Origin: Akkermansiaceae bacterium
GTDB taxonomy: Bacteria > Verrucomicrobiota > Verrucomicrobiia > Verrucomicrobiales > Akkermansiaceae
Assembly: GCA_051251915.1 (NCBI GenBank)
Contig: JBPOGF010000022.1
Coordinates: forward strand, 1-54,763
Direction of reading: 5' to 3'
DNA length: 54,763 bases
The notes below the pieces were generated by a model. The model made no database searches. It was not told the origin of the DNA and saw nothing but the letters and a program-made list of their open reading frames with translations. This document shows, in pieces, positions 17,247-26,903 of the stretch. A program made the position numbers and the translations under genes. Within the stretch, counting starts at the first letter, position 1. Each line of letters begins with the position of its first letter.

Positions 17247-19331
17247 ATGAATCGCATTATTTGTTACCTAAGCTCACTCACTAGTATTTTAACCCATGGT
17301 TTATTGTCTGCTGATGAATCAGTGAGCGGTCTAGAAGCTAGTGTGGTGGTGGGGGTGCGAGAGGCTTCAGCGCTTTCGGATACTTTGTTAGAGGCAGATG
17401 ATATAGCTGAGATCCGTGTGGGAGGAACTGATTTTCAGCAGCTTTTGCAGAGTGTGCCTGGAGCTTATGCGGGGAATCCTACTGCTGGTGTGTTCAGCAT
17501 CAGGGGGGTGAATCAAGATGGTTTATTTGGTGGTATAGGGGCGCAGACGAGTCCACTTATCTCTGTTTTTGAAGACGATGTGCCATTGTCTACGACTACT
17601 CTTCGCTATCTTTCTCCGCCTGCATTTGGTTTAAGCTCTTTTGAAGTGAGCAAGGGGCCTCAGAATTACCAGCCTGGGCCATCGACTATTGCTGGTTCCT
17701 TGCATTTGAAGAGCGCTACTCCTGGGTTTGAATTTTCTGGAAAGAGTGTTGTCGAGTATTCTGAGTTTGGGACGTTGAATACATTTCTCAGTCAAGACAT
17801 GACTCTTATTCCTGATGAGCTTGCTTTAGGTCTTAGTTACCATCATTTTGAGACTGATGGCGAGGCTGAGGCACCTGCACAAAACGATAGTGAGTTCGGT
17901 GCATTTGACCGTGATAGATATAAGGCTCAGCTGCTTTGGCATCCTGGAAAAAATAAGGATAATTCGTTTTTACTGACATTACTTCATGATGAAGCAGGTG
18001 GTAACCCTCAGTCTAATACGACGATCATTCCCGGCTCTATTGATTTGTTTGATAGGATTTCTAATACGAACACACCGTCATCCTATCCTGTGGAAAGACA
18101 GCTGATCTCATTGAGGTCTTCGATCAGTTTACCGAATGATTTAATGTTTAAAAGTGCTACTGCATTCCAACGGATTGGGCTTGGGCAGAATTTAGATTTT
18201 GATGGGAATTCGATATTGGGGTGGACGATTAATGGAGCTCAAGACGAGCGTTTATTCACTCAGTCAGTCTCGCTAGCCGGTGAAACTGGTGCGTGGGCAT
18301 GGGTAGCGGGTGCTTACTATGAGAATAGTTCTTATCGGGTGGCTTTTGATGGTGTTGGAATTACTCCTATCCCAAGTGGTAGTGCTTTCCAAAACTTTGC
18401 TAGGACAGATGCTGAGACGTATGCTTTATATGGGAGATTCACACGTGATCTAGCTAGTGATCTAAAGTTGACTGCTGGTGTGCGTTACCAGAAAGATGAG
18501 CGTGAACTGGCTGGTAGTTCTACGTTCTCAATATTCCCATCGAGTGCTACGAGCGGAGACTCGAGTGATGATGCTATTTTACCTAGTTTAAGAATAGACT
18601 GGCAGCCCGAGGGTGACACGGCACTTTCTCTTAATGCCGCACGCGGTTATAGAGCTGGTGGTGTTTCTTTTGCTCCTGTGCTGGGTGTGTCATCTCCGTA
18701 TGATGCTGAGAGTTCTTGGGATTTAGAATTTTCTGCCCGGCATATGGTGAATGATGATGTGAAAGTGACGGGGGCATTATTTCACTCTTGGATGGACGAT
18801 CAGCAAGTTTCACAAACTCCTCTAGGGGGCTTAAGCGGTGTGGATCTGATAACGACTAATGCAGGAGAGTCCACGCGTTATGGAGCGGAGTTACAAATAG
18901 AGTGGGCGCCTACGGAGCGGCTTAATTTCTACGCAAATACAGGATATACGAAAACGGAGTTTGATGAACTAGTCTTGAATGGCGAGGATCGTTCAGGTGA
19001 AGCATTTCCAAATGCTCCTGAACTAACGGTTGCTGTAGGTGTGGATTATCAGCATGATTCAGGTTTTTATGGTTCTATTAATTACTCGTGGGCTGATGGC
19101 ACATTTAGTCTGGTAGCGGCACCTGAAGAGACTGGCTTGGAGAATAGGAGCCTGCTTAATGCGCGCATTGGCTGGGCTGGAGAGCGTGTGAATTTGTATG
19201 TATTTGCATCTAATATACTCGATGATGAGTATGGTGTATTCCGCACAGAGTCTATTGCTCCGGTGATACCTCAGGTGGGTAAAGCTGGGGCTTCGAGGAT
19301 GGTGGGAGTAGGGATGGAAGTTAAGTGGTAA
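17247..19331 (+). CDS. TonB-dependent receptor
   Basis: Plug motifs (SVPG, FSIRG, EVSKGPQ, IAGSL), beta-barrel strands, ARGYRAGG, NAPE, terminal W; ATG at 17247. Confidence 0.88.
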   Translation: MNRIICYLSSLTSILTHGLLSADESVSGLEASVVVGVREASALSDTLLEADDIAEIRVGGTDFQQLLQSVPGAYAGNPTAGVFSIRGVNQDGLFGGIGAQTSPLISVFEDDVPLSTTTLRYLSPPAFGLSSFEVSKGPQNYQPGPSTIAGSLHLKSATPGFEFSGKSVVEYSEFGTLNTFLSQDMTLIPDELALGLSYHHFETDGEAEAPAQNDSEFGAFDRDRYKAQLLWHPGKNKDNSFLLTLLHDEAGGNPQSNTTIIPGSIDLFDRISNTNTPSSYPVERQLISLRSSISLPNDLMFKSATAFQRIGLGQNLDFDGNSILGWTINGAQDERLFTQSVSLAGETGAWAWVAGAYYENSSYRVAFDGVGITPIPSGSAFQNFARTDAETYALYGRFTRDLASDLKLTAGVRYQKDERELAGSSTFSIFPSSATSGDSSDDAILPSLRIDWQPEGDTALSLNAARGYRAGGVSFAPVLGVSSPYDAESSWDLEFSARHMVNDDVKVTGALFHSWMDDQQVSQTPLGGLSGVDLITTNAGESTRYGAELQIEWAPTERLNFYANTGYTKTEFDELVLNGEDRSGEAFPNAPELTVAVGVDYQHDSGFYGSINYSWADGTFSLVAAPEETGLENRSLLNARIGWAGERVNLYVFASNILDDEYGVFRTESIAPVIPQVGKAGASRMVGVGMEVKW

Positions 19332-19369
19332 GGAGGGAGTGATGAATTGGAAGGTGTTATGGAGTGAGG

Positions 19370-19501
19370 CCATAGCAGCTTAGGGCGAAGTCTGTGATGG
19401 GGGCTGGGTTTGGTAGGGAGTGGGGGTGGTGTGCTTTACCTGGTTTGAGGATGACTTGGAGGTGGGGGTAAGGTTTTAGTTGTTTTGCGGCGAGGGTGGA
19501 G
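19370..19501 (-). repeat. 132-bp duplicate of the 3' end of the 25225..26655 hydrolase gene (orphan fragment ending GLTP* at 19357)
   Basis: Matches 25256-25387 with 5 mismatches. Confidence 0.92.
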
Positions 19502-19513
19502 GTGTGTTCGCGG

Positions 19514-20944
19514 TTATTTTCCTGCGGTAAAGATGAGTTTAGGAGGCTCAGCTTCGGGGGTAAGGTTTCCTGCAAATGCATGGACGAGGCCACCGATGTG
19601 GGTTTCTCTGGTTTTGCGAGCTACCACGAGTGTGAGTGTGCCGTTGGTGTCTTGTTTGATGAGTTTGCTAAGTTCTTCTGACTTGATTCTGCAGAGTCCT
19701 TCTTGCTGCCCACGCGGGATGGTGAAGGTTCCGATGACGGTGGCTGCATTTGAGCTAATCAGTGAGCCAGTATCAATGAGGTTACCGGGAGCATTCTCCC
19801 AGTTTAGCTCTTCTGGATCCCAGAGTTCTTGAGAGCCGTCATTGAGGGCATAGATTCTGAATTCACAGTCTGGGACTAAGCTCGCATAGCCAAATGGACT
19901 ACGCACTTGGGTGAGTTCTACGCTTACTTCATCGAAGTCCTTGTTCTTGAGGAGATCTAGATCGAATTTTAGATAAAATTTACGTGAGTATTTATTATTG
20001 TGAGAGTGTTTAGTGAGTAGAAACTGTGGATGAAGGTGGGTGCTAGCATTGCTATTGATGATCGTTGCATGACCTCCATTACCCATGGCTGTATTTAGAG
20101 TGTAAAATGATCGTTCATCAGTGATGGAGATCTCGTCAGGGTTAGTAATCTCGGTGCTATCTGAATAGCCGATGCTGTTGGCTTCTTGGTTTGTGGTGGC
20201 ACGTTGTTTGGTAGTGAGGAGTTTTCGGTCTTGGCTAAAGCCATGGAATACCTCTACTTCACCATCGAGCACATCTACTTGCGAAACTCCGCTTTTTCTA
20301 TCTACGGAGACAGCAAATACGGTGCCGAGATCTTTTACTTCCATGTCCGGGGCATCTAGTCTGAATCCAATCGCGGATTCCGGCACTTCTGCGACTACTC
20401 TGCCATGGATAACATTAGCTTTCATGCCAGAAATGACCTCGAGCTCAGCAGGAGCTTCTAGAGTGACTATCGCACCTGAGTCAAAAGTAAGTGTCGCTGT
20501 CCCTTCTAGCAATTCTAGGCTGCCGTTAGTGAGTTTATTTTGTATCTGAGTAGGCAGGGTGCATTGTCCCCATTGTGCTAGTGAGGTATTGCTGATCCAT
20601 GCGTAGGTTGGCTGAGTAGTGAGTTGTTGGGGCGTGGGTGCTTCCGTTTGGAAAAGAAGCATCGCACCTAGTATCACCGCTGCGGCAACCGCTGTGTAGG
20701 CTGTGATCGTGGTGATGAGTGATCGGAGTTTATTGGCTTTACGAGCCTTAGGTGTTTCCTGAGCGTCACGGGCTTGTGTGGTGCGGAGATAGCTGTGTTG
20801 AAAGGATAGATCCTGGTAGAGCTTGAGAGCTGCAGGGTCATTCATGATCGCTTTTTCAAAGTCAGCGACTTCTTTTTCAGTAGCTTCTTCGGCAATGATT
20901 TTTTCGTAGAGTTGGGCTAACTCAAATTCCTGTGATTCGGTCAT
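19514..20944 (-). CDS. FecR-family anti-sigma protein with C-terminal carbohydrate-binding-like (DNRLRE/CBM96-like) domain
   Basis: Single TM; FDSGAIVTLEAPA, VKDLGTVFAV, VDVLDGEVEV; C-terminal YLKFDL...W...NWENAP; downstream of an ECF sigma. Confidence 0.85.
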   Translation of the reverse strand: MTESQEFELAQLYEKIIAEEATEKEVADFEKAIMNDPAALKLYQDLSFQHSYLRTTQARDAQETPKARKANKLRSLITTITAYTAVAAAVILGAMLLFQTEAPTPQQLTTQPTYAWISNTSLAQWGQCTLPTQIQNKLTNGSLELLEGTATLTFDSGAIVTLEAPAELEVISGMKANVIHGRVVAEVPESAIGFRLDAPDMEVKDLGTVFAVSVDRKSGVSQVDVLDGEVEVFHGFSQDRKLLTTKQRATTNQEANSIGYSDSTEITNPDEISITDERSFYTLNTAMGNGGHATIINSNASTHLHPQFLLTKHSHNNKYSRKFYLKFDLDLLKNKDFDEVSVELTQVRSPFGYASLVPDCEFRIYALNDGSQELWDPEELNWENAPGNLIDTGSLISSNAATVIGTFTIPRGQQEGLCRIKSEELSKLIKQDTNGTLTLVVARKTRETHIGGLVHAFAGNLTPEAEPPKLIFTAGK

Positions 20945-20950
20945 GATGTT

Positions 20951-21475
20951 TTAGTGGCTAATTTTATTTAGACAACGACGTAAGGTGAGGCGGATTCTGC
21001 TCAGTGAGCGGTAACATGCAGCGACCGTCTTTTCGGTCTGGGCAGCAGTTTCTTCGATGCTGAGTTCTTGTTTGTAGCGTAAGGTGACTAATTCTTTGTG
21101 ATCGTCTTTAAGTCTAGAAATACATGTGGCGAGCGATTTTGATTGGTCGCTAGCAAGCTGTGGGTCTTCAATGAATTGCTCAGTTAGATAGTCTAGACAT
21201 TCATCAGAGAAGGTGAGGCGCTTGTTCTCTATGGCTTTCTTTTTGCGGAATGCCATCACTCGATAGTAGGCGACTTTCCTGCTCCAAGCGCCAAAGTTCG
21301 TCCCTACTTCGAATTGATCAAAAGCTTGCCAGAGAGCGACTTTCACATCCTGTAGCACGTCCTCAGCATCAGTGGTATTTGGGATGAGATTATACACATA
21401 TCCACTCAGATACCTGTCATGCTCAGCGAGAAGCTGCACGTAGGCGGTAGGGTTTGATGATTCTGGAGTGCTCAT
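20951..21475 (-). CDS. ECF sigma-70 factor
   Basis: DAEDVLQDVKVALW, GTNFGAW, LSRIRLTLRRC. Confidence 0.9.
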   Translation of the reverse strand: MSTPESSNPTAYVQLLAEHDRYLSGYVYNLIPNTTDAEDVLQDVKVALWQAFDQFEVGTNFGAWSRKVAYYRVMAFRKKKAIENKRLTFSDECLDYLTEQFIEDPQLASDQSKSLATCISRLKDDHKELVTLRYKQELSIEETAAQTEKTVAACYRSLSRIRLTLRRCLNKISH

Positions 21476-21612
21476 GTGTGTCTATATAGTGCTTAGTTGA
21501 TGGATTTTAGACTTTTAAAAGATAATAATTTTTTTTGTCCAATTTATAGAATGAATGCACTTTTTATATTCAGAGTGTATTCTGAATACACTAGAAAACA
21601 TCACAATAAACC

Positions 21613-22365
21613 ATGAAAATACAAAAAATACTTACAACAACATTACTTACTGGCTTTCTCGCTGCTGGCTCAGCACAGGCTGCAGTGTTAGTCACCTATG
21701 AGCTGACAGGCGGTAGTGCAATCGGCACTGACGCAAACGGTGCAGATTCCATTACTTTCTCTAATCTCGTCTTTAATGGATTTGACCAATCAGATGTTAC
21801 ATCAGATACGGTTCCCGGAGATCAGGACCTTATTCAAGTTCTGGGGTCTGAGGATGTTGGAGGCTCAAACGATCTAAACACGAATTTGGGGCAAGCGGTT
21901 GCTGCGAACAGTTATTTCAGCTTTACGGTGGCGAATAATTCAGGTCTAGCGCTCCAGCTTGACTCGTTTTCGGTGGATACTGCATATACTAATAGTTACA
22001 GGGCTGGATACGGTCTCTTTAGCTCGGCAGATGGCTTTGACTCTATCGGTGCTGACCTCATTGCTAGCCGTGCAACAACACCAACAACCTTTAATAGTTT
22101 CACTGAGGTATCTACTACACAGCAGACCGATTTGCTTACGCTCGCTGGCGCAGGTGCTAATGTAGCTAGTACAGACTTCTTGCTTGCGGACGGAGAGGCC
22201 CTGACATTCTTCTTGGTAGGCACTCAGAACTCTAGCTCTGTCACTCGCGCTTGGGAATTTGATAATATTAGTATTTCCGGCACGACGATCCCGGTTCCAG
22301 AGCCTAGCTCAACTGCGCTACTTGGTCTTGGTGGATTAGCACTTATCCTACGTCGTAGAAAATAA
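21613..22365 (+). CDS. PEP-CTERM protein
   Basis: Signal ending AQA; VPEPSSTALLGLGGLALILRRRK. Confidence 0.92.
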   Translation: MKIQKILTTTLLTGFLAAGSAQAAVLVTYELTGGSAIGTDANGADSITFSNLVFNGFDQSDVTSDTVPGDQDLIQVLGSEDVGGSNDLNTNLGQAVAANSYFSFTVANNSGLALQLDSFSVDTAYTNSYRAGYGLFSSADGFDSIGADLIASRATTPTTFNSFTEVSTTQQTDLLTLAGAGANVASTDFLLADGEALTFFLVGTQNSSSVTRAWEFDNISISGTTIPVPEPSSTALLGLGGLALILRRRK

Positions 22366-22467
22366 TCTTTTCATCATAAGATCCTTAATCCAGTCATCTT
22401 CTTAAGAAGGCTGGGTTTTCTTTAAAATCTATTGATTTAATCAAAATATAAACTTTATTTACCACTT

Positions 22468-24273
22468 ATGATAGCACGTAGAAATTTCCTTAAAATCGCT
22501 GGTCTATCTAGCGTCTCTTCACTGCTGGCTAGTAATCTCTTTGCTGCTGACAATGATGACTCTAGTTCAGCCTCAGTCTTACTCGATGCGGTTTCGTTTA
22601 AAAACCTAGGTGGCTGGAAAGTCGACCCTCAGTTTATCGAGCAGATGGGGAGCCCTTACCTGCTTGCGCACGGGATGGGAATCCCAGTGGAAAATGCATC
22701 GACTACGTTTAGTGTTCCAGAGGCAGGTGACTACCATCTCTGGGTGCGGACTAAGGATTGGTGCCCTGGGAATTGGGAAGCACCAGGGAGATTCCAACTT
22801 CAGGTCAATGGTAAGCTGGTCGAGACCGTCTTTGGGACAGAGGCTGGCTGGGGCTGGCAGAAGGGGATCAAGCTTGCTCTTGAGTCTGGTGAGAACAAGA
22901 TTGAGTTAGTGGATCTCACAGGCTTTGAGGGTCGCTGTGATGCGATTTATTTCACTAAGAATGAACATTTCACTCCGCCGAATGAGCTGAAAGAACTTCA
23001 ATTATGGAGAGAGAAGAAGCATGGTGTGGGGGCTCCTGAAAAACATGATTTCGATCTGGTGATCGCAGGTGCAGGCATTGCGGGATGTGGTGCGGCTCTG
23101 GCGGCAGGGGAGCAGGGGCTGAAGGTGGCTCTTATTTCAAATAGACCTGTGCTCGGGGGGAATGCGAGTTGTGAGGTACGAGTTCATACACTGGGGATTC
23201 ATGGAAAAGTGAGCAGGCTCTTGAAGAAGATCGACACCAAGCACTGGCGCAATGGTTCTAGTGAAGTTTACGCTGATGATAAGAAGCGGCATGAGAATAT
23301 GAACAAGGCGGAGAACGTCACCATTTTCTATGACTACTCAGTGGATACGGTTCATATGGAGGGTGAAAACATCGCGAGCTTAGAAGCGCGTAGTAATGTG
23401 AGTCCGAAGAGGGTGATCATTTCTGGTAAGCAATTTATCGATAGCACGGGCGATGGGCTGGTGGGTTATAAGGCTGGTGCTGAGTCACGCTATGGTCGTG
23501 AATCCAAGGATGAGTTCAAGGAGGGCTGGGATAAATTTGGCGAACTCTGGTCACCGAAGAAAGCGGACAACCGCGTGATGGGAACCACCGTGATGTGGAA
23601 TAGTATGAAGTCTGATAAGGCGGAAAGCTTTCCAGACACCCCGTGGGCTAAGGATGTGGCAAAGACTTATGCTGAGCCTGTTTCTGAGTGGTATTGGGAG
23701 TATTCAGACAATGATAAACATCAGGTCGATGACGCTGAGGACATCCGTGATCATATGTTTAGAGCGGTGTATGGTAATTTTTCTAACGTGAAAAAGAACC
23801 CTCTCCACGCGAGACAGAAGCTCAAGTGGGTAGCCTTCATCGGTGGTAAGCGCGAATCGCGCAGACTGATGGGTGATTATATTTACACGATGAAAGATGT
23901 TGTCAATTACACCTATTTCCCAGATACCGTAGTGGAAGAGGAGCGTGAGATCGATGCGCATTATCAACGATCCCTCAAGGGGTTCGTGGTGGACTTTATT
24001 TCTAAGGCTATTTTCCGTAAGTTGAAGAAGCACTACTATATTCCGTTCCGCTCACTTTATTCGAAAGACATTCCCAATTTGATGATGGCTGGGCGCTGTT
24101 TCAGTAGCTCACACATTGGACTCTGTGGCCCTCGTGTGATGAATACGACAGGTCAGATGGGCATTGCATGTGGTTATGCTGCGGTGGTTTGTCAGAAGCA
24201 TAATACGACTCCACGAGGGGTCTATGAAAAGCATATCAAAGAGCTTAGATCTCTGATAGGTTTTGAGAAATGA
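22468..24273 (+). CDS. Tat-exported FAD-dependent oxidoreductase
   Basis: ARRNFLK Tat motif; GAGIAG, LGGNAS, FIDSTGDG, RESRRLMG, IPFRSL, NLMMAGR. Confidence 0.88.
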   Translation: MIARRNFLKIAGLSSVSSLLASNLFAADNDDSSSASVLLDAVSFKNLGGWKVDPQFIEQMGSPYLLAHGMGIPVENASTTFSVPEAGDYHLWVRTKDWCPGNWEAPGRFQLQVNGKLVETVFGTEAGWGWQKGIKLALESGENKIELVDLTGFEGRCDAIYFTKNEHFTPPNELKELQLWREKKHGVGAPEKHDFDLVIAGAGIAGCGAALAAGEQGLKVALISNRPVLGGNASCEVRVHTLGIHGKVSRLLKKIDTKHWRNGSSEVYADDKKRHENMNKAENVTIFYDYSVDTVHMEGENIASLEARSNVSPKRVIISGKQFIDSTGDGLVGYKAGAESRYGRESKDEFKEGWDKFGELWSPKKADNRVMGTTVMWNSMKSDKAESFPDTPWAKDVAKTYAEPVSEWYWEYSDNDKHQVDDAEDIRDHMFRAVYGNFSNVKKNPLHARQKLKWVAFIGGKRESRRLMGDYIYTMKDVVNYTYFPDTVVEEEREIDAHYQRSLKGFVVDFISKAIFRKLKKHYYIPFRSLYSKDIPNLMMAGRCFSSSHIGLCGPRVMNTTGQMGIACGYAAVVCQKHNTTPRGVYEKHIKELRSLIGFEK

Positions 24274-25223
24274 AGCGAGGAACTCTTTACCGCGTCGGCC
24301 ATCTCTGCATGTTGCTGAACTTCATCGCACTCGTCGTCACGGGTGTGATGCGCTTCACCCTGCCATTTAGCATCGCGGTCACACGTGTCCATATGCTGTG
24401 TGGGTTTGCGATTAGCTTGCTGGTAGCGTTTCATATTATTGGTAGGTTGAGGCAGATGAAATCCATGGTTAAGAGCCGCAGTGGGAGTCACTATCCATCA
24501 CTGATCATCAGCCTTGTGCTCACTGGTTTCTACTGGTCCGCGGCGTGGTTTGCCTGGCCGGGGGCTAGGCAGGTAGTGGATCTGAGTTATGAGGCACGGC
24601 ATAAGAATGAAATTTTCCGTGAGCGAGAGAATGTAGTAGGCAGCGTAGCAGATTCCTCAGTGCATACATTTAAGCTGAGCACAGAAGATTCATCCGTGGA
24701 TGTTACGATAGACTGGACTGAGCTGGGGGTGAATTCTGAAAAATCGATTGCCATCTGGGTGGAGACGAAGTCTGGTTCGATGATCGAGACGTTCCATGTT
24801 TCAGAGAGCTTACGCTTTTCAGATGACGCCCGGTGGGAGGGTGCTGAGGTGAAGCGGGGTGAGGTGTTGCCTATCTGGAGAAACCGCTACACGGCGATCT
24901 GCGGAATAGGTCCAGATGGTGTGTATGATGCCATTTCTGGGCCGACTAAAAACCACAAATTTGATCTAAAGAATAATCTAACAAGCCGAGAAGAATTCGT
25001 TGTTTTTGTAGAAATTAACGCGGCAAATGATAATGAGCCATCGGTTATCTACGTTGCGATGATAGAGCCAGAATCTAACAATCCCTACACACTTCTATCC
25101 CTCCTAGGGACAGGGGAAGGTGCGTTTAAATCTGGAAGTATAAACTATGAACTTGGGAGTTTAACAACGGCAAAACAACTCGTAGAAAAAATCCTAGTGC
25201 ACACGGTCTGGGATAGTGAATAA
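24270..25223 (+). CDS. membrane protein with DUF2271-like periplasmic domain
   Basis: Three N-terminal TM segments with His; AIWVE...LPIW...DAISGPT; 4-bp overlap with the oxidoreductase. Confidence 0.6.
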   Translation: MKRGTLYRVGHLCMLLNFIALVVTGVMRFTLPFSIAVTRVHMLCGFAISLLVAFHIIGRLRQMKSMVKSRSGSHYPSLIISLVLTGFYWSAAWFAWPGARQVVDLSYEARHKNEIFRERENVVGSVADSSVHTFKLSTEDSSVDVTIDWTELGVNSEKSIAIWVETKSGSMIETFHVSESLRFSDDARWEGAEVKRGEVLPIWRNRYTAICGIGPDGVYDAISGPTKNHKFDLKNNLTSREEFVVFVEINAANDNEPSVIYVAMIEPESNNPYTLLSLLGTGEGAFKSGSINYELGSLTTAKQLVEKILVHTVWDSE

Positions 25224-25224
25224 A

Positions 25225-26655
25225 TTAATCTTTGTGTGCTGGATTAGTATCGATTCCGTAGCAGCTTAGGGCGAAGTCTGTGATGTGGGCTGGGTTTGGT
25301 AGGGAGTGTGGGTGGTGTGCTTTACCTGGTTTGAGGATGACTTGGATGTGGGGGTAAGGTTTTAGTTGTTTTGCGGCGAGGGCGGAGTTTTCTTCTGGTG
25401 GGACTATTTTGTCTGCGGTGCCGATGAGGTAGAGGAGGGGTATTTTTGCGGTGGTGAGTTTGGTGAGGTGGTCGATGGGGTTGTGGGGGTAAGTTTTTGC
25501 TTCTTGGTCGGTTTTGAATCCGTAGGCTTTTTTGCAGGTTTGCCATGATTTGGCGTGTCCGGTTCCGGTGGCGAATCCTGCTGGCCAGCTTTTGATGTCT
25601 AGGACGCAGTTGTCGCCGATGATGCCGGAGACTTTGTTTGGGTTGGCGAGTGCCCAGTTGTGGATGATGAGTCCGCCGCGGGACATGCCTTCGAGGATGG
25701 GCTTGGGGTGGAGGCCAAATTGTTGGGTGACTTTGTAGAATATGTCCCAGCGTTTGACGGCGAGGGGTGAGCCGAAGAGGTCTGCGACATCGCAGTAGAC
25801 GACGTGGTAGCCGAGTTCTAGCATTTGGATGTCGAATTGTGGCTCGTGGTTCCAGAAGCGTGCGCGCCAGATCCAGGGGGAACCTTTGGCTGGGATGTGT
25901 GGTATCACGGTTTTGTATCTACCGTTTTCTGACTCGATCATTTTAAATCCGTGGAAATTTTTCAATGGTGCTTTCCAGGTTACTTTGAGTTTGAAATCTG
26001 GATCTCTGGGGATGGTGAGATGGCGGTGGAGGTGTGTGGCGATGCGTTTGGCGCCTTTTGCGTTTGGGTGGACTTTGTCTGGGATCCATTCTGGTTGGTC
26101 GCGGAGTGGGATGTGGAGGTCTACGAGTTCTAGGTTTTGTTTGAGGGCGACTGCTTCGATGAGTGGGGAGACTTCTTTACGGACTATTTTCTCGGTGATG
26201 CCGAAGTTTCCTTCGCCGACGACTAGGACGGGTTTGCAGAGGATGATGCGTGGGGTTTTGGCGTTGTTGGGGGTAAGTTTTTGGTAGCTGGCGATAAGGT
26301 TGTTGGCGCTGGTGGTGAAGTTTGCTTTGTGTTGCCAGTTGTGTTTTTTGGAGTCATTGGTGCCGAGTTTGATGATAATGATGTCTGGGTTATAGGCGAG
26401 TGATGCTTTGTAGGCGGGGGTGTTCATGTAGGGTTTGTCGCCATTTTGTAGCATGGTGGTGCCGCTGATGCCGAAGTTTCTGACTTCGTATTCCTCGCCA
26501 AGCATGTTGCCGAGTTGGGTGGGGTAATTGTTGTCTTTGCGGTTTTCTACGCGGGCGCCGAAGGTGATGGAGTCTCCGATGCAGGCGACTTTGGTTTTGG
26601 CGCTGAGGAGGGTTGCGGTGGTTAGTAAGGTGAGTGAAAATGTTTTGAGAATCAT
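25225..26655 (-). CDS. secreted SGNH/GDSL esterase fused to an alpha/beta hydrolase
   Basis: GDSIT, LGTNDS, DKVHPN; second domain GMSRGG, GTAD, HHPH. Confidence 0.88.
   Translation of the reverse strand: MILKTFSLTLLTTATLLSAKTKVACIGDSITFGARVENRKDNNYPTQLGNMLGEEYEVRNFGISGTTMLQNGDKPYMNTPAYKASLAYNPDIIIIKLGTNDSKKHNWQHKANFTTSANNLIASYQKLTPNNAKTPRIILCKPVLVVGEGNFGITEKIVRKEVSPLIEAVALKQNLELVDLHIPLRDQPEWIPDKVHPNAKGAKRIATHLHRHLTIPRDPDFKLKVTWKAPLKNFHGFKMIESENGRYKTVIPHIPAKGSPWIWRARFWNHEPQFDIQMLELGYHVVYCDVADLFGSPLAVKRWDIFYKVTQQFGLHPKPILEGMSRGGLIIHNWALANPNKVSGIIGDNCVLDIKSWPAGFATGTGHAKSWQTCKKAYGFKTDQEAKTYPHNPIDHLTKLTTAKIPLLYLIGTADKIVPPEENSALAAKQLKPYPHIQVILKPGKAHHPHSLPNPAHITDFALSCYGIDTNPAHKD
25256..25387 (-). 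repeat. 132-bp repeat copy inside the hydrolase 3' end
   Basis: Direct repeat of 19370-19501, offset 5886. Confidence 0.92.
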
Positions 26656-26903
26656 AGTGGTCTAGAACGTAGTTGGTGGGGTATTTATGTCAATATTCAG
26701 TAATTTTGGCCATATTTGGGTTAAAAAGTGTAAAATTGGTTATATTCTGCTTGCTAAGCGGGGGGGAGAGACTAGAAATGCGGCTCACATTTTTCCTGCC
26801 AGTGGGGTTGTTTCAGCCTCGGTTCTCATTGGCTTTACGGGGTTTTATAAGGGAAATGAATGAAAACCAAGGAACATAACCTTAACCTAAACAACAAAAT
26901 AAT

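Noticed and set aside
19357..19593. 78-aa ORF as an independent gene
   Set aside because: It is a chimera of an off-frame overlap with the FecR gene end and the duplicated hydrolase tail.
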